Source: a virus (taxonomy: Duplodnaviria; Heunggongvirae; Uroviricota; Caudoviricetes). Taken from it: a stretch of 51,620 nucleotides of DNA. The stretch is from IMG/VR virus record IMGVR_UViG_2541047950_000002, positions 1 through 51,620 of that record; one strand, 5' to 3'. The notes beneath the pieces were generated by a model. The model searched no databases and was not told the DNA's origin. It saw only the letters and a list, made by a program, of their open reading frames with translations. Shown one piece after another: positions 25,872-35,915 of this stretch (position 1 is the stretch's first letter; each line of letters starts with the position of its first letter). Made by a program: the position numbers and the translations under genes.

Positions 25872-27771
25872 TATGATGAGCGCTGTCACAACAGCATTAC
25901 AGCCCCTGATAAGGGCATTGCCGGTGACGCCAGTTGAATGGGCTGATCAAAATTATTATCTGCCTAAAGAATCTTCATATGGTGAGGGAGAATGGAAAAC
26001 GCTGCCGTTCCAGATCGCCATCATGAACAGTATGGGGAATGATCAGATCCGCACTGTTAATCTGATTAAATCTGCCCGTGTTGGCTATACAAAGATGTTG
26101 CTGGGGGTGGTCGGGTATTTTATTGAGCATAAATCCCGAAACAGTCTGCTTTTTCAGCCCACGGATTCTGCCGCTGAAGATTTTATGAAGTCTCACGTGG
26201 AGGCGACGATTCGCGATGTTCCCTGCCTGAAAAAACTTTCTCCCTGGCTGGGACGTAAACATCGTGATAATACCCTCACGCTGAAACGCTTTTCATCGGG
26301 TGTGGGTTTCTGGTGCCTGGGCGGCGCTGCCGCCAAAAACTACCGTGAAAAATCCGTGGATGTGGTCTGCTATGACGAACTTTCCTCGTTCGAACCGGAT
26401 GTTGAAAAAGAGGGTTCGCCAACCCTGCTGGGGGATAAGCGTATTGAGGGCTCTGTATGGCCAAAATCCATTCGCGGCTCGACGCCTAAAATAAAAGGTT
26501 CCTGCCAGATCGAAAAAGCGGCCAACGAGTCGGCGCATTTCATGCGTTTTTATGTGCCCTGCCCGCACTGTGGGGAGGAGCAGTATCTGAAATTTGGCGA
26601 TGAGTCCACGCCTTTTGGCCTTAAATGGGAGAAGGACAGCCCCGAAAGCGTTTTCTACCTCTGTGAACATCATGGCTGCGTGATCCATCAGTCTGAGCTT
26701 GACCAGAGCAACGGGCGGTGGATCTGTGAAAACACGGGGATGTGGACCCGTGACGGTCTGACGTTTTTCAGCGCTGCGGGTAATGAAATTCCACCGCCGC
26801 GCTCCATCACATTCCATATCTGGACGGCGTACAGTCCGTTCACCACCTGGGTACAGATAGTCTATGACTGGCTGGATGCACTGAAAGATCCCAACGGCCT
26901 GAAAACTTTTGTGAACACCACGCTGGGCGAGACCTGGGAAGAGGCCGTGGGCGAAAAACTCGATCACCAGGTACTGATGGATAAGGTTGTGCGTTACACG
27001 GCGGCGGTGCCTGCCCGGGTGGTTTATCTGACGGCGGGCATTGACTCGCAGCGAAACCGTTTTGAGATGTATGTCTGGGGATGGGCTCCGGGAGAGGAAG
27101 CCTTTCTGGTGGATAAAATCATCATTATGGGACGTCCAGATGAGGAAGAGACGCTGTTACGTGTGGATGCGGCGATCAACAAAAAATATCGCCATGCGGA
27201 TGGCACCGAAATGACCATTTCCCGTGTCTGCTGGGACACCGGGGGGATCGATGGCGAAATCGTTTATCAGAGATCAAAAAAACACGGTGTTTTCCGTGTG
27301 CTGCCGGTAAAAGGCGCGTCTGTCTATGGCAAGCCGGTGATCACCATGCCAAAAACCCGCAATCAGCGGGGCGTGTATCTGTGTGAAGTGGGGACGGACA
27401 CCGCAAAAGAAATTCTCTATGCCCGTATGAAAGCCGATCCCACGCCTGCGGATGAAGCCACGTCGTATGCCATCCGTTTTCCTGATGATCCGGAGGTTTT
27501 TTCGCAGACAGAGGCGCAGCAACTGGTGGCGGAAGAGCTGGTGGAGAAGTGGGAAAAAGGAAAGATGCGTCTGCTGTGGGATAACAAAAAGCGGCGTAAC
27601 GAAGCGCTGGACTGCCTGGTGTATGCCTACGCGGCATTACGTGTGTCCGTGCAACGCTGGCAGCTTGATCTGGCTGTACTGGCAAAATCCCGGGAAGAAG
27701 AGACGACCCGGCCAACCCTGAAAGAACTGGCAGCGAAGCTGTCCGGAGGAGTGAATGGTTACAGTCGCTGA
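25843..27771 (+). CDS. A: terminase large subunit (gpA-like)
   Basis: Start MNISEQQ overlaps the nu1 end as in lambda; extensive similarity to lambda gpA as recalled (VEWADQNYYLPKES, KNYREKSVDV, HCGEEQYLKFGD). Confidence 0.9.
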   Translation: MNISEQQLNNMMSAVTTALQPLIRALPVTPVEWADQNYYLPKESSYGEGEWKTLPFQIAIMNSMGNDQIRTVNLIKSARVGYTKMLLGVVGYFIEHKSRNSLLFQPTDSAAEDFMKSHVEATIRDVPCLKKLSPWLGRKHRDNTLTLKRFSSGVGFWCLGGAAAKNYREKSVDVVCYDELSSFEPDVEKEGSPTLLGDKRIEGSVWPKSIRGSTPKIKGSCQIEKAANESAHFMRFYVPCPHCGEEQYLKFGDESTPFGLKWEKDSPESVFYLCEHHGCVIHQSELDQSNGRWICENTGMWTRDGLTFFSAAGNEIPPPRSITFHIWTAYSPFTTWVQIVYDWLDALKDPNGLKTFVNTTLGETWEEAVGEKLDHQVLMDKVVRYTAAVPARVVYLTAGIDSQRNRFEMYVWGWAPGEEAFLVDKIIIMGRPDEEETLLRVDAAINKKYRHADGTEMTISRVCWDTGGIDGEIVYQRSKKHGVFRVLPVKGASVYGKPVITMPKTRNQRGVYLCEVGTDTAKEILYARMKADPTPADEATSYAIRFPDDPEVFSQTEAQQLVAEELVEKWEKGKMRLLWDNKKRRNEALDCLVYAYAALRVSVQRWQLDLAVLAKSREEETTRPTLKELAAKLSGGVNGYSR

Positions 27772-27961
27772 ACTGCAGGCGCTGCGTCAGGCGCGCCTTG
27801 ATTTATTAACCGGTAAACGGGTGGTGTCTGTCCAGAAAGATGGTCGCAGAATTGAATATACGGCGGCTTCTCTGGATGAGCTTAACCGTGCGATCAATGA
27901 TGCGGAGTCGGTACTGGGGACAACCCGACGTCGCCGTCGTCCGCTGGGAGTGAGGTTATGA
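27755..27961 (+). CDS. W: head-tail joining protein W
   Basis: 68 aa; LTGKRVVSVQKDGRRIEYTAAS matches lambda gpW. Confidence 0.8.
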   Translation: MVTVAELQALRQARLDLLTGKRVVSVQKDGRRIEYTAASLDELNRAINDAESVLGTTRRRRRPLGVRL

Positions 27962-29550
27962 AACGAACGCCTGTCCTGATTGATGTGAACGGCGTTCCGC
28001 TTCGGGAGAGCCTCAGCTACCATGGGGGCGGTGCAGGATTTGGCGGGCAAATGGCGGAGTGGTTGCCACCGGCGCAGAGTGCCGATGCGGCCCTGCTGCC
28101 CGCGTTGCGTCTGGGGAATGCCCGTGCAGATGATCTGGTGCGCAATAACGGGATAGCGGCTAATGCGGTGGCCCTGCATAAGGATCATATTGTCGGGCAT
28201 ATGTTTCTGATCAGCTACCGTCCGAACTGGCGCTGGCTGGGGATGCGGGAGACTGCGGCAAAAAGTTTTGTCGATGAGGTGGAGGCGGCCTGGTCGGAAT
28301 ACGCCGAAGGGATATTTGGCGAGATCGATGTGGAAGGGAAACGCACGTTTACGGAATTTATCCGTGAAGGTGTGGGCGTTCATGCGTTTAACGGCGAAAT
28401 CTTTGTGCAGCCGGTCTGGGATACGGAGAGCACGCAACTGTTTCGTACGCGTTTTAAAGCCGTGAGTCCGAAACGGGTGGACACGCCAGAACACGGTATG
28501 GGGAACCGTTTTCTGCGGGCCGGTGTGGAGGTTGATCGATATGGTCGTGCCGTTGCGTACCATATCTGTGAGGATGATTTTCCGTTCTCCGGGAGTGGAC
28601 GATGGGAACGGATCCCGCGTGAACTTCCCACCGGGCGTCCGGCCATGCTGCATATTTTCGAGCCGGTGGAGGACGGGCAGACCCGTGGGGCCAATCAGTT
28701 TTACAGCGTCATGGAACGGCTGAAGATGCTCGATTCCCTGCAGGCAACACAGCTTCAGTCGGCCATAGTGAAGGCGATGTATGCAGCGACGATTGAAAGT
28801 GAACTTGATACCGAAAAGGCCTTTGAATATATCGCGGGGGCACCACAGGGTCAGCAGGATAATCCGCTCATTAATATTCTGGAGAAGTTCTCCAGCTGGT
28901 ATGACACGAATCACGTGACGCTGGGTGGTGTCAAAATTCCGCACCTTTTCCCCGGTGATGATCTGAAACTGCAGACCGCGCAGGATTCAGACAATGGATT
29001 TTCGGCGCTTGAACAGGCTCTGCTGCGGTATATCGCCGCCGGTCTTGGCGTTTCCTACGAACAGTTGTCCCGTGATTACTCGAAGGTCAGTTATTCAAGT
29101 GCCCGCGCCTCTGCCAATGAGTCGTGGCGCTATTTTATGGGACGACGAAAATTTATTGCGGCCCGGCTGGCCACGCAGATGTTTTCCTGCTGGCTGGAAG
29201 AGGCACTTCTTCGGGGGATTATCCGTCCGCCACGGGCACGTTTTGATTTTTATCAGGCGCGATCAGCCTGGTCACGGGCAGAGTGGATTGGTGCCGGAAG
29301 AATGGCCATTGACGGGCTCAAGGAGGTCCAGGAATCGGTGATGCGTATTGATTCCGGACTGAGCACGTATGAGAAAGAGCTGGCGCTGATGGGTGAGGAT
29401 TATCAGGACATTTTCCGCCAGCAGGTCAGGGAATCCGCAGAGCGGGAAAAGGCCGGACTCTCACGTCCGGTGTGGATAGCGCAGGCGTATCAGCAGCAGA
29501 TAGCGGAGAGCCGCAGGCCGGAAGAGGAGACAACACCACGTGAGACGTAA
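27958..29550 (+). CDS. B: portal protein (gpB-like)
   Basis: 530 aa; position after W and recalled similarity to lambda gpB. Confidence 0.85.
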   Translation: MKRTPVLIDVNGVPLRESLSYHGGGAGFGGQMAEWLPPAQSADAALLPALRLGNARADDLVRNNGIAANAVALHKDHIVGHMFLISYRPNWRWLGMRETAAKSFVDEVEAAWSEYAEGIFGEIDVEGKRTFTEFIREGVGVHAFNGEIFVQPVWDTESTQLFRTRFKAVSPKRVDTPEHGMGNRFLRAGVEVDRYGRAVAYHICEDDFPFSGSGRWERIPRELPTGRPAMLHIFEPVEDGQTRGANQFYSVMERLKMLDSLQATQLQSAIVKAMYAATIESELDTEKAFEYIAGAPQGQQDNPLINILEKFSSWYDTNHVTLGGVKIPHLFPGDDLKLQTAQDSDNGFSALEQALLRYIAAGLGVSYEQLSRDYSKVSYSSARASANESWRYFMGRRKFIAARLATQMFSCWLEEALLRGIIRPPRARFDFYQARSAWSRAEWIGAGRMAIDGLKEVQESVMRIDSGLSTYEKELALMGEDYQDIFRQQVRESAEREKAGLSRPVWIAQAYQQQIAESRRPEEETTPRET

Positions 29551-31045
29551 TCTTTCACACATTATTGCCGCAGCGTTCAATGAACCGCTGCTTCTGGAGC
29601 CCGCCTATGCGCGGGTTTTCTTTTGCGCGCTCGGACGCGAGATGGGGGCTGCAAGTCTTTCGGTACCACAACAGCAGGTACAGCTTGATGCTCCCGGAAT
29701 GCTGGCTGAAACGGACGAGTACATGGCCGGAGGTAAACGACCGGCCCGTGTTTACCGGGTGGTGAACGGTATTGCGGTACTGCCGGTGACCGGCACGCTG
29801 GTGCACCGGCTGGGTGGCATGCGGCCATTTTCCGGAATGACAGGCTATGACGGCATTGTCGCCTGTCTTCAGCAGGCAATGGCGGATAGCCAGGTGCGGG
29901 GCGTACTGCTGGACATTGACAGTCCGGGCGGGCAGGCCGCAGGCGCGTTTGACTGCGCTGACATGATTTACCGCCTCCGGCAGCAGAAGCCTGTCTGGGC
30001 ACTGTGCAATGACACGGCCTGTTCTGCAGCCATGCTGCTGGCGTCGGCCTGCTCCCGACGGCTGGTTACCCAGACATCCCGTATCGGCTCCATTGGCGTG
30101 ATGATGAGCCATGTCAGCTATGCCGGTCATCTGGCGCAGGCCGGGGTGGATATCACGCTGATTTATGCCGGGGCGCATAAGGTGGATGGCAATCAGTTTG
30201 AAGCGTTACCGTCAGAGGTGCGTCAGGACATGCAGCAGCGCATTGATGCGGCGCACCGGATGTTTGCCGAAAAAGTGGCGATGTATACGGGGCTGTCTGT
30301 GGACGCTGTCACGGGGACAGAGGCTGCCGTTTTTGAAGGTCAGTCCGGCCTTAATACCGGACTGGCGGATGAATTAATCAATGCGTCGGATGCCATCAGC
30401 GTGATGGCTGCGGCGCTGAACACACATGATACAGGAGGCACTATGCCGCAATTAACTGCAACGGAAGCTGCCGCGCAGGAGAACCAGCGAGTGATGGGGA
30501 TCCTGACGTGTCAGGAAGCGAAAGGACGTGAACACCTTGCCACGATGCTGGCAGGACAACAGGGCATGAGCGTTGAACAGGCCCGGGCGATTCTGACCGC
30601 GGCAGCACCACAGCAGCCGGTGGCATCCGCGCAGAGTGAAGCCGATCGCATTATGGCGTGTGAAGAGGCTAAAGGTCGTGAACAACTGGCGGCAACGCTG
30701 GCGGCGATGCCGGAGATGACGGTGGAAAAAGCCCGCCTGATCCTGGCGGCTGCACCACTGGCGGATGCCGGGCCCTCACTCCGTGATCAGATCATGGCCC
30801 TGGATGAGGCAAAAGGGGCAGAAGCGCAGGCTGAACAGCTGGCGGCCTGCCCGGGAATGACAGTGGAGAACGCCTGGGCTGTGCTGGCTGCGGGATCAGG
30901 TAAGGCCGAACCGGTCTCTGCATCCACAACCGCCCTGTTTGAACATTTCATGGCGAATCATTCACCGGCAGCGGTGCGGGGTGGCGTGTCACAGACGTCA
31001 GCAGACGGTGATGCGGACGTGAAAATGCTCATGGCCATGCCATGA
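29540..31045 (+). CDS. C: head maturation protease/scaffold (gpC with nested Nu3-like region), S49 family
   Basis: 501 aa; S49 protease core similar to lambda gpC; the C-terminal region carries a triplicated EAKGRE...ARxILAAAP motif. Confidence 0.85.
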   Translation: MRRNLSHIIAAAFNEPLLLEPAYARVFFCALGREMGAASLSVPQQQVQLDAPGMLAETDEYMAGGKRPARVYRVVNGIAVLPVTGTLVHRLGGMRPFSGMTGYDGIVACLQQAMADSQVRGVLLDIDSPGGQAAGAFDCADMIYRLRQQKPVWALCNDTACSAAMLLASACSRRLVTQTSRIGSIGVMMSHVSYAGHLAQAGVDITLIYAGAHKVDGNQFEALPSEVRQDMQQRIDAAHRMFAEKVAMYTGLSVDAVTGTEAAVFEGQSGLNTGLADELINASDAISVMAAALNTHDTGGTMPQLTATEAAAQENQRVMGILTCQEAKGREHLATMLAGQQGMSVEQARAILTAAAPQQPVASAQSEADRIMACEEAKGREQLAATLAAMPEMTVEKARLILAAAPLADAGPSLRDQIMALDEAKGAEAQAEQLAACPGMTVENAWAVLAAGSGKAEPVSASTTALFEHFMANHSPAAVRGGVSQTSADGDADVKMLMAMP

Positions 31046-31081
31046 AGTCAGTGCTGACCATCAATATGAGGTTTTAACAAA

Positions 31082-31429
31082 ATGGTGACGAAAACCATCA
31101 CTGAACAGCGTGCGGAAGTACGTATTTTTGCCGGTAATGATCCGGCTCATACCGCCACAGGCAGCAGCGGGATTTCTTCTGCAACACCGGCTCTGACGCC
31201 CCTGATGCTGGATGAAGCTACCGGGAAACTGGTGGTCTGGGATGGACAGAAAGCCGGTAGTGCGGTTGGCATACTGGTACTGCCGCTTGAAGGCACAGAG
31301 ACGGTGCTGACCTATTACAAGTCGGGGACCTTTGCGACGGAGGCTGTCCGCTGGCCTGAAAGTGTGGATGAACACAAAAAGGCCAACGCCTTTGTCGGCA
31401 CAGCCCTGAGTCACGCGGCGCTGCCGTAA
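31082..31429 (+). CDS. D: head decoration protein D
   Basis: 115 aa; GNDPAHTAT...TPLMLD...YKSGTF matches lambda gpD. Confidence 0.85.
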   Translation: MVTKTITEQRAEVRIFAGNDPAHTATGSSGISSATPALTPLMLDEATGKLVVWDGQKAGSAVGILVLPLEGTETVLTYYKSGTFATEAVRWPESVDEHKKANAFVGTALSHAALP

Positions 31430-31486
31430 CACGTTATCAGGCCACCGCGTTGGCCTGACTGATTTCTGAATGAAAGGAACTGATTT

Positions 31487-32515
31487 ATGGGATTGTTTAC
31501 GACCCGCCAGTTACTCGGTTATACCGAACAAAAAGTGAAATTTCGTGCGCTGTTTCTGGAGCTGTTTTTCCGCCGTACGGTGAATTTCCACACCGAAGAG
31601 GTGATGCTGGATAAAATTACCGGAAAAACGCCGGTGGCAGCCTATGTCTCCCCGGTTGTTGAAGGAAAAGTGCTGCGTCATCGTGGTGGTGAAACCCGCG
31701 TGTTGCGTCCGGGCTACGTCAAGCCGAAACACGAATTTAATTACCAGCAGGCGGTGGAGCGCCTTCCCGGTGAAGATCCGGCGCAGCTGAACGACCCGGC
31801 CTACCGTCGTCTGCGTATCATCACCGATAACCTCAAACAGGAAGAGCACGCCATTGTCCAGGTGGAAGAAATGCAGGCGGTGAATGCCGTTCTGTATGGT
31901 AAATACACCATGGAAGGGGAGCAGTTTGATACTGTCGAGGTTGATTTCGGGCGCTCTGAAGGAAATAACATTGAGCAGGCTGACGGTAAAAAATGGTCTG
32001 AGCAGGACCGTGATACGTTTGATCCGACGCATGATATTGACCTCTACTGCGATCAGGCCAGCGGTCTTGTGAATATCGCCATTATGGACGGTACGGTCTG
32101 GCGTCTGCTGAATGGCTTTAAGCTGTTCCGCGAAAAACTGGATACCCGTCGCGGCTCAAATTCACAACTCGAAACGGCAGTGAAAGATCTGGGCGCAGTG
32201 GTGTCCTTCAAGGGGTATTACGGCGATCTGGCCATTGTGGTGGCGAAAACGTCTTATGTGGCAGAGGACGGTACTGAAAAACGTTATCTGCCGGAGGGCA
32301 CGCTGGTCCTGGGAAATACGGCTGCTGATGGCATCCGTTGCTATGGTGCCATTCAGGATGCGCAGGCGTTGTCCGAAGGTGTGGTGGCCTCTTCCCGTTA
32401 TCCGAAACACTGGCTGACCGTTGGCGATCCGGCCCGTGAATTCACCATGACGCAGTCCGCTCCGCTGATGGTGCTGCCGGATCCGGATGAGTTTGTGGTG
32501 GTACAGGTGAAATAA
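31487..32515 (+). CDS. E: major capsid protein E
   Basis: 342 aa; extensive similarity to lambda gpE as recalled (PGYVKPKHE, LDTRRGSNS.LETAVKDLG, TGDPAREFTM.QSAPLM). Confidence 0.9.
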   Translation: MGLFTTRQLLGYTEQKVKFRALFLELFFRRTVNFHTEEVMLDKITGKTPVAAYVSPVVEGKVLRHRGGETRVLRPGYVKPKHEFNYQQAVERLPGEDPAQLNDPAYRRLRIITDNLKQEEHAIVQVEEMQAVNAVLYGKYTMEGEQFDTVEVDFGRSEGNNIEQADGKKWSEQDRDTFDPTHDIDLYCDQASGLVNIAIMDGTVWRLLNGFKLFREKLDTRRGSNSQLETAVKDLGAVVSFKGYYGDLAIVVAKTSYVAEDGTEKRYLPEGTLVLGNTAADGIRCYGAIQDAQALSEGVVASSRYPKHWLTVGDPAREFTMTQSAPLMVLPDPDEFVVVQVK

Positions 32516-32566
32516 TCCGTGAGTGGGGGCGATATGCCCCCGTGTCTTTTTTCACAGAGGGCTGAG

Positions 32567-32950
32567 ATGGCAACAAAAGAAGAAAATCAGAAACGTCTTC
32601 GTGAACTGGCTGGCCTGCTGGGGCGCGAGGCGGATATGTCGGGGAGTGCAGCGGATATTGCTCAACGTGTGTCTGAGTGGGAAGAGGAGCTTGCTGTTTC
32701 CCCGGAAGGCATTATGCACTCTGATGAGAGCGGGTCTGATCAAAATTACACAGACGATGGTGAGCAGTTGAACAACACGGATTCTCCGGATGATGTTAAA
32801 GCCGTCCGGGTACGGAAGTGCCTGCAAGTAATGGGGTATTGCCCGGAGACAGGTCGTCCCGTTGAGCTGGCGTTACGGGGTATGCGTGTTCTGGTGCCAT
32901 CATCACTGGCAACGGCCATGATACAGCACGGAACGGCTGAATATGCGTGA
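32567..32950 (+). CDS. FI: DNA-packaging protein FI-like
   Basis: ATG at 32567 with upstream RBS inside the track ORF 32519-32950; position between E and FII. Confidence 0.6.
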   Translation: MATKEENQKRLRELAGLLGREADMSGSAADIAQRVSEWEEELAVSPEGIMHSDESGSDQNYTDDGEQLNNTDSPDDVKAVRVRKCLQVMGYCPETGRPVELALRGMRVLVPSSLATAMIQHGTAEYA

Positions 32951-33296
32951 TTTTCAGAATGCCTTTGATGCTGCCCTCGCCGGGGTGGACAGTACGATCG
33001 TTGAAGTGATGGGGATCCGTGCGCAGTTCACCTCCGGTGCACAGCGTGGCGGCGAAGTTCAGGGGGTTTTTGACGATCCGGAGTCGCTGGGTTTTGCCGG
33101 TGGCGGGGTCCGTATTGAAGGAAGCAGCCCGTCATTATTTGTGCGGACGGATACGGTGCGTGCCGTGCGGCGTGGTGACACGCTGACCATTAACGGCGAG
33201 ATGTTCTGGGTGGATCGTGTTTCTCCGGATGACGGGGGAAGCTGTTATCTCTGGCTCAACCGTGGGCAACCACCCGCTGTTAACCGGCGACGATAA
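32943..33296 (+). CDS. FII: head completion protein FII
   Basis: 117 aa; RGDTLTI...FWVDRVSPDDGGSC.LWL.RG.PPAVNRRR matches lambda FII. Confidence 0.8.
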   Translation: MRDFQNAFDAALAGVDSTIVEVMGIRAQFTSGAQRGGEVQGVFDDPESLGFAGGGVRIEGSSPSLFVRTDTVRAVRRGDTLTINGEMFWVDRVSPDDGGSCYLWLNRGQPPAVNRRR

Positions 33297-33311
33297 ACGC
33301 AGGGTGAAATT

Positions 33312-33887
33312 ATGGCGATAAAAGGGCTTGATCAGGCGATTGAAAATCTGAGCCGGGTTCGTAAAAACGCCATTCCGGCGGCTTCAGCAATGACGATTAA
33401 CCGCGTGGCCACAACGGCGATTAATCAGTCTTCATCACAGGTTGCCCGGGAGACAAAGGTACGCCGGAAACTGGTTAAGGAACGCTCCAGACTGAAACGG
33501 GCCACGGTCAGAAATCCGAATGCAAAAATTATCGTTAACCGCGGTGATCTCCCAGTGATTAAGCTGGGGATCAGAATGCTGGGGCGTCGTCCGAACAGCA
33601 TACTCAAAGCCGGTCAGCATCGTTATCAGCGGGCATTTATCCAGCGATTAAATAATGGGCGCTGGCATGTTATGCAACGTCTTCCCCAGGCCAGATATGA
33701 GGAGGGCAATGACGACAAGGGCAGGAAAAAGCGTAATCGCCTTCCCATTCAGGTGGTGAAAATCCCGATGGCGGCCCCACTGAAACAGGCGTTTGATGAG
33801 AATGTTGACCGTATCCGGCGTGAACGCCTGCCAGAAGAACTGGCATACGCGCTGAAACAACAACTGAGGATTGCGATAAAACGATGA
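33312..33887 (+). CDS. Z: tail completion protein Z
   Basis: 191 aa; MAIKGL.QA.ENLSR and C-terminal RRERLP.EL.YAL..QLR match lambda gpZ. Confidence 0.8.
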   Translation: MAIKGLDQAIENLSRVRKNAIPAASAMTINRVATTAINQSSSQVARETKVRRKLVKERSRLKRATVRNPNAKIIVNRGDLPVIKLGIRMLGRRPNSILKAGQHRYQRAFIQRLNNGRWHVMQRLPQARYEEGNDDKGRKKRNRLPIQVVKIPMAAPLKQAFDENVDRIRRERLPEELAYALKQQLRIAIKR

Positions 33888-34279
33888 AACATACTGATAT
33901 CCGTGCAGCCGTACTGGATGCACTGGAGAAGCATGACACCGGGGCGACGCTGTTTGATGGTCGCCCCGCTGTTTTTGAGGAGGCGGATTTTCCGGCGGTC
34001 GCGGTTTATCTGACGGATGCAGAGTATACCGGTGAAGAGCTGGATGCTGATACCTGGCGGGCCACACTGCATATTGAGGTGTTTTTACCGGCACAGGTAC
34101 CGGATTCAGAGCTTGATCAGTGGATGGAAAGCCGGATTTACCCGGCGATGGCGGCGATCCCTGCACTGGCAGGCATGATTACCACGATGGTTACGCAGGG
34201 CTATGAGTATCATCGTGATGACGATATGGCATTGTGGAGCTCTGCAGATCTGACTTATTCCATTACATACGAGATGTGA
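33884..34279 (+). CDS. U: tail terminator protein U
   Basis: 131 aa; near-identical to lambda gpU as recalled ([20 protein letters not shown]). Confidence 0.85.
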   Translation: MKHTDIRAAVLDALEKHDTGATLFDGRPAVFEEADFPAVAVYLTDAEYTGEELDADTWRATLHIEVFLPAQVPDSELDQWMESRIYPAMAAIPALAGMITTMVTQGYEYHRDDDMALWSSADLTYSITYEM

Positions 34280-34286
34280 GGATGAT

Positions 34287-35036
34287 ATGGCAACACCAAA
34301 TCCCCTGGCGCCGGTAAAAGGTTCCGGCACCACGCTCTGGGTTTACACCGGTAAGGGCGATGCTTATGCAAACCCGCTGTCAGATGATGAGTGGACGCGT
34401 CTGGCAAAAATAAAGGATCTGACCCCCGGCGAGATGACGGCGGAATCCTACGACGATAACTATCTGGATGATGAGGATGCTGACTGGGTATCCACCGGGC
34501 AGGGGCAGAAATCTGCCGGTGACACCAGTTTTACGCTGGCCTGGAAGCCCGGCGAGAAAGGGCAGCGTGATTTGATTGCCTGGTTTGACAGCAGTGAGAC
34601 CCGGGCCTACAAAATCCGCTTCCCGAACGGTACGGTGGATGTGTTCCGTGGCTGGGTGAGCGCCATTGGTAAAGCGGTGACTGCCAAAGAAGTGATTACC
34701 CGTACGGTAAAAATCACCAATATTGGTCGTCCGTCGCTGGCGGAGGATCGGGGAGAAATCACACCGGTCACCGGTATTACCGTGACGCCACTAACGGGGA
34801 ATGTGGCAAAAGGTCAGAGCACCACCCTGACTGTGGCCGTTCAGCCGGAAGGCGCAACGGATAAAACATTCCGCGCAACGTCGGCAAATCAGAATTTCGC
34901 CACCATTACCGTGAAAGGGAACACGATCACCGTGAAAGGTGTTGCGGCAGGTAAAGCGCAGATCCCTGTTGTCACCGGCAACGGTGAGTTTGCGGCGGTG
35001 GCGGAGATCACCGTCACGGATGGCGCTGCGGGCTGA
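34287..35036 (+). CDS. V: major tail tube protein V with C-terminal Ig-like domain
   Basis: 249 aa; strong similarity to lambda gpV as recalled. Confidence 0.85.
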   Translation: MATPNPLAPVKGSGTTLWVYTGKGDAYANPLSDDEWTRLAKIKDLTPGEMTAESYDDNYLDDEDADWVSTGQGQKSAGDTSFTLAWKPGEKGQRDLIAWFDSSETRAYKIRFPNGTVDVFRGWVSAIGKAVTAKEVITRTVKITNIGRPSLAEDRGEITPVTGITVTPLTGNVAKGQSTTLTVAVQPEGATDKTFRATSANQNFATITVKGNTITVKGVAAGKAQIPVVTGNGEFAAVAEITVTDGAAG

Positions 35037-35052
35037 GGGGAGGAGATCAAGC

Positions 35053-35475
35053 ATGTTCCTGAAAACAGAACAATTTGAATATAACGGTGTGTCCGTCACG
35101 CTGTCGGAGCTGTCCGCGCTGCAGCGGTTTGATTATATGAAGTTTGTTTCAGACGCAGAACAACAGGGGACAACGAAGCATGATGTCGTGCACATTAACC
35201 AGCGATATCTGGAAACGGCATCCCTGCTTGTGGCGATGTCGCTATGGCATTCCCATTCCCTCAAAGGCACTCTGGCCTCTCCGGAGACAGAGATGCAGCA
35301 GATCCGCCGTGAAGTGATGCTGGGATGGCCTGCTGATGCACTGAATCAGGCAACGAACCGGGTGCTTTATCTTTCAGGTATGCTGGATAACCGGCACGAT
35401 GCCGATCCTGAACAAACCGGGAAAGCAGAAGCGACTGAGCCGGTAACATCAAAAAAGCATTCGAAGGCGAGCTGA
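35053..35475 (+). CDS. G: tail assembly chaperone G
   Basis: 140 aa; MFLKTE.FE.NGV.VTLSELSALQR matches lambda gpG; stop TGA 35473-35475. Confidence 0.8.
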   Translation: MFLKTEQFEYNGVSVTLSELSALQRFDYMKFVSDAEQQGTTKHDVVHINQRYLETASLLVAMSLWHSHSLKGTLASPETEMQQIRREVMLGWPADALNQATNRVLYLSGMLDNRHDADPEQTGKAEATEPVTSKKHSKAS

Positions 35476-35915
35476 ACTTTGTCCTGAAACTGGCGCGAGA
35501 GATGGGGAGACCCGACTGGCGCGCCATGCTTGCCGGGATGACATCCACCGAATATGCCGACTGGCGACGTTTTTACTGCACGCATTATTTTCAGGATACC
35601 CAACTGGACGCTCATTTTTCCGGGCTGATGTACGCCGTACTCAGCCTGTTTTTTGGCGATCCGGATATGCATCCGGCGGATTTCAGTCTGCTTGCGCCAG
35701 CGTGTGAGGAAGAGCAGACGGAGATGCCGGACGAGGAAGACATGCTGATGCAGAAAGCGGCAGGAGTTGCCGGAGGCGTCCGGTTCTGTGGGGTGGGTGG
35801 GGGCGATATTTCACCTTCTGCGGATGTGGTGGATGTCAGCGAAGATGATGTTGCATTAATGATGGCTTCAGCGGGGATTTCCGGAGGTGTGAGATATGTC
35901 CCAGCCAGCGGGTGA
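35053..35915 (+). CDS. tail assembly chaperone G-T fusion via programmed -1 frameshift at A AAA AAG (35451-35457)
   Basis: Slippery heptamer in G-frame phasing X XXY YYZ; the -1 frame is open from 35439 to 35915 and overlaps the H start; conserved G/GT arrangement of lambda-like tails. Confidence 0.6.

Noticed and set aside
26293-28944. Long antisense ORFs opposite terminase and portal (26293-26967, 27787-28944)
   Set aside because: Antisense to strongly conserved lambda-like genes; GC-rich shadow ORFs with no start signals
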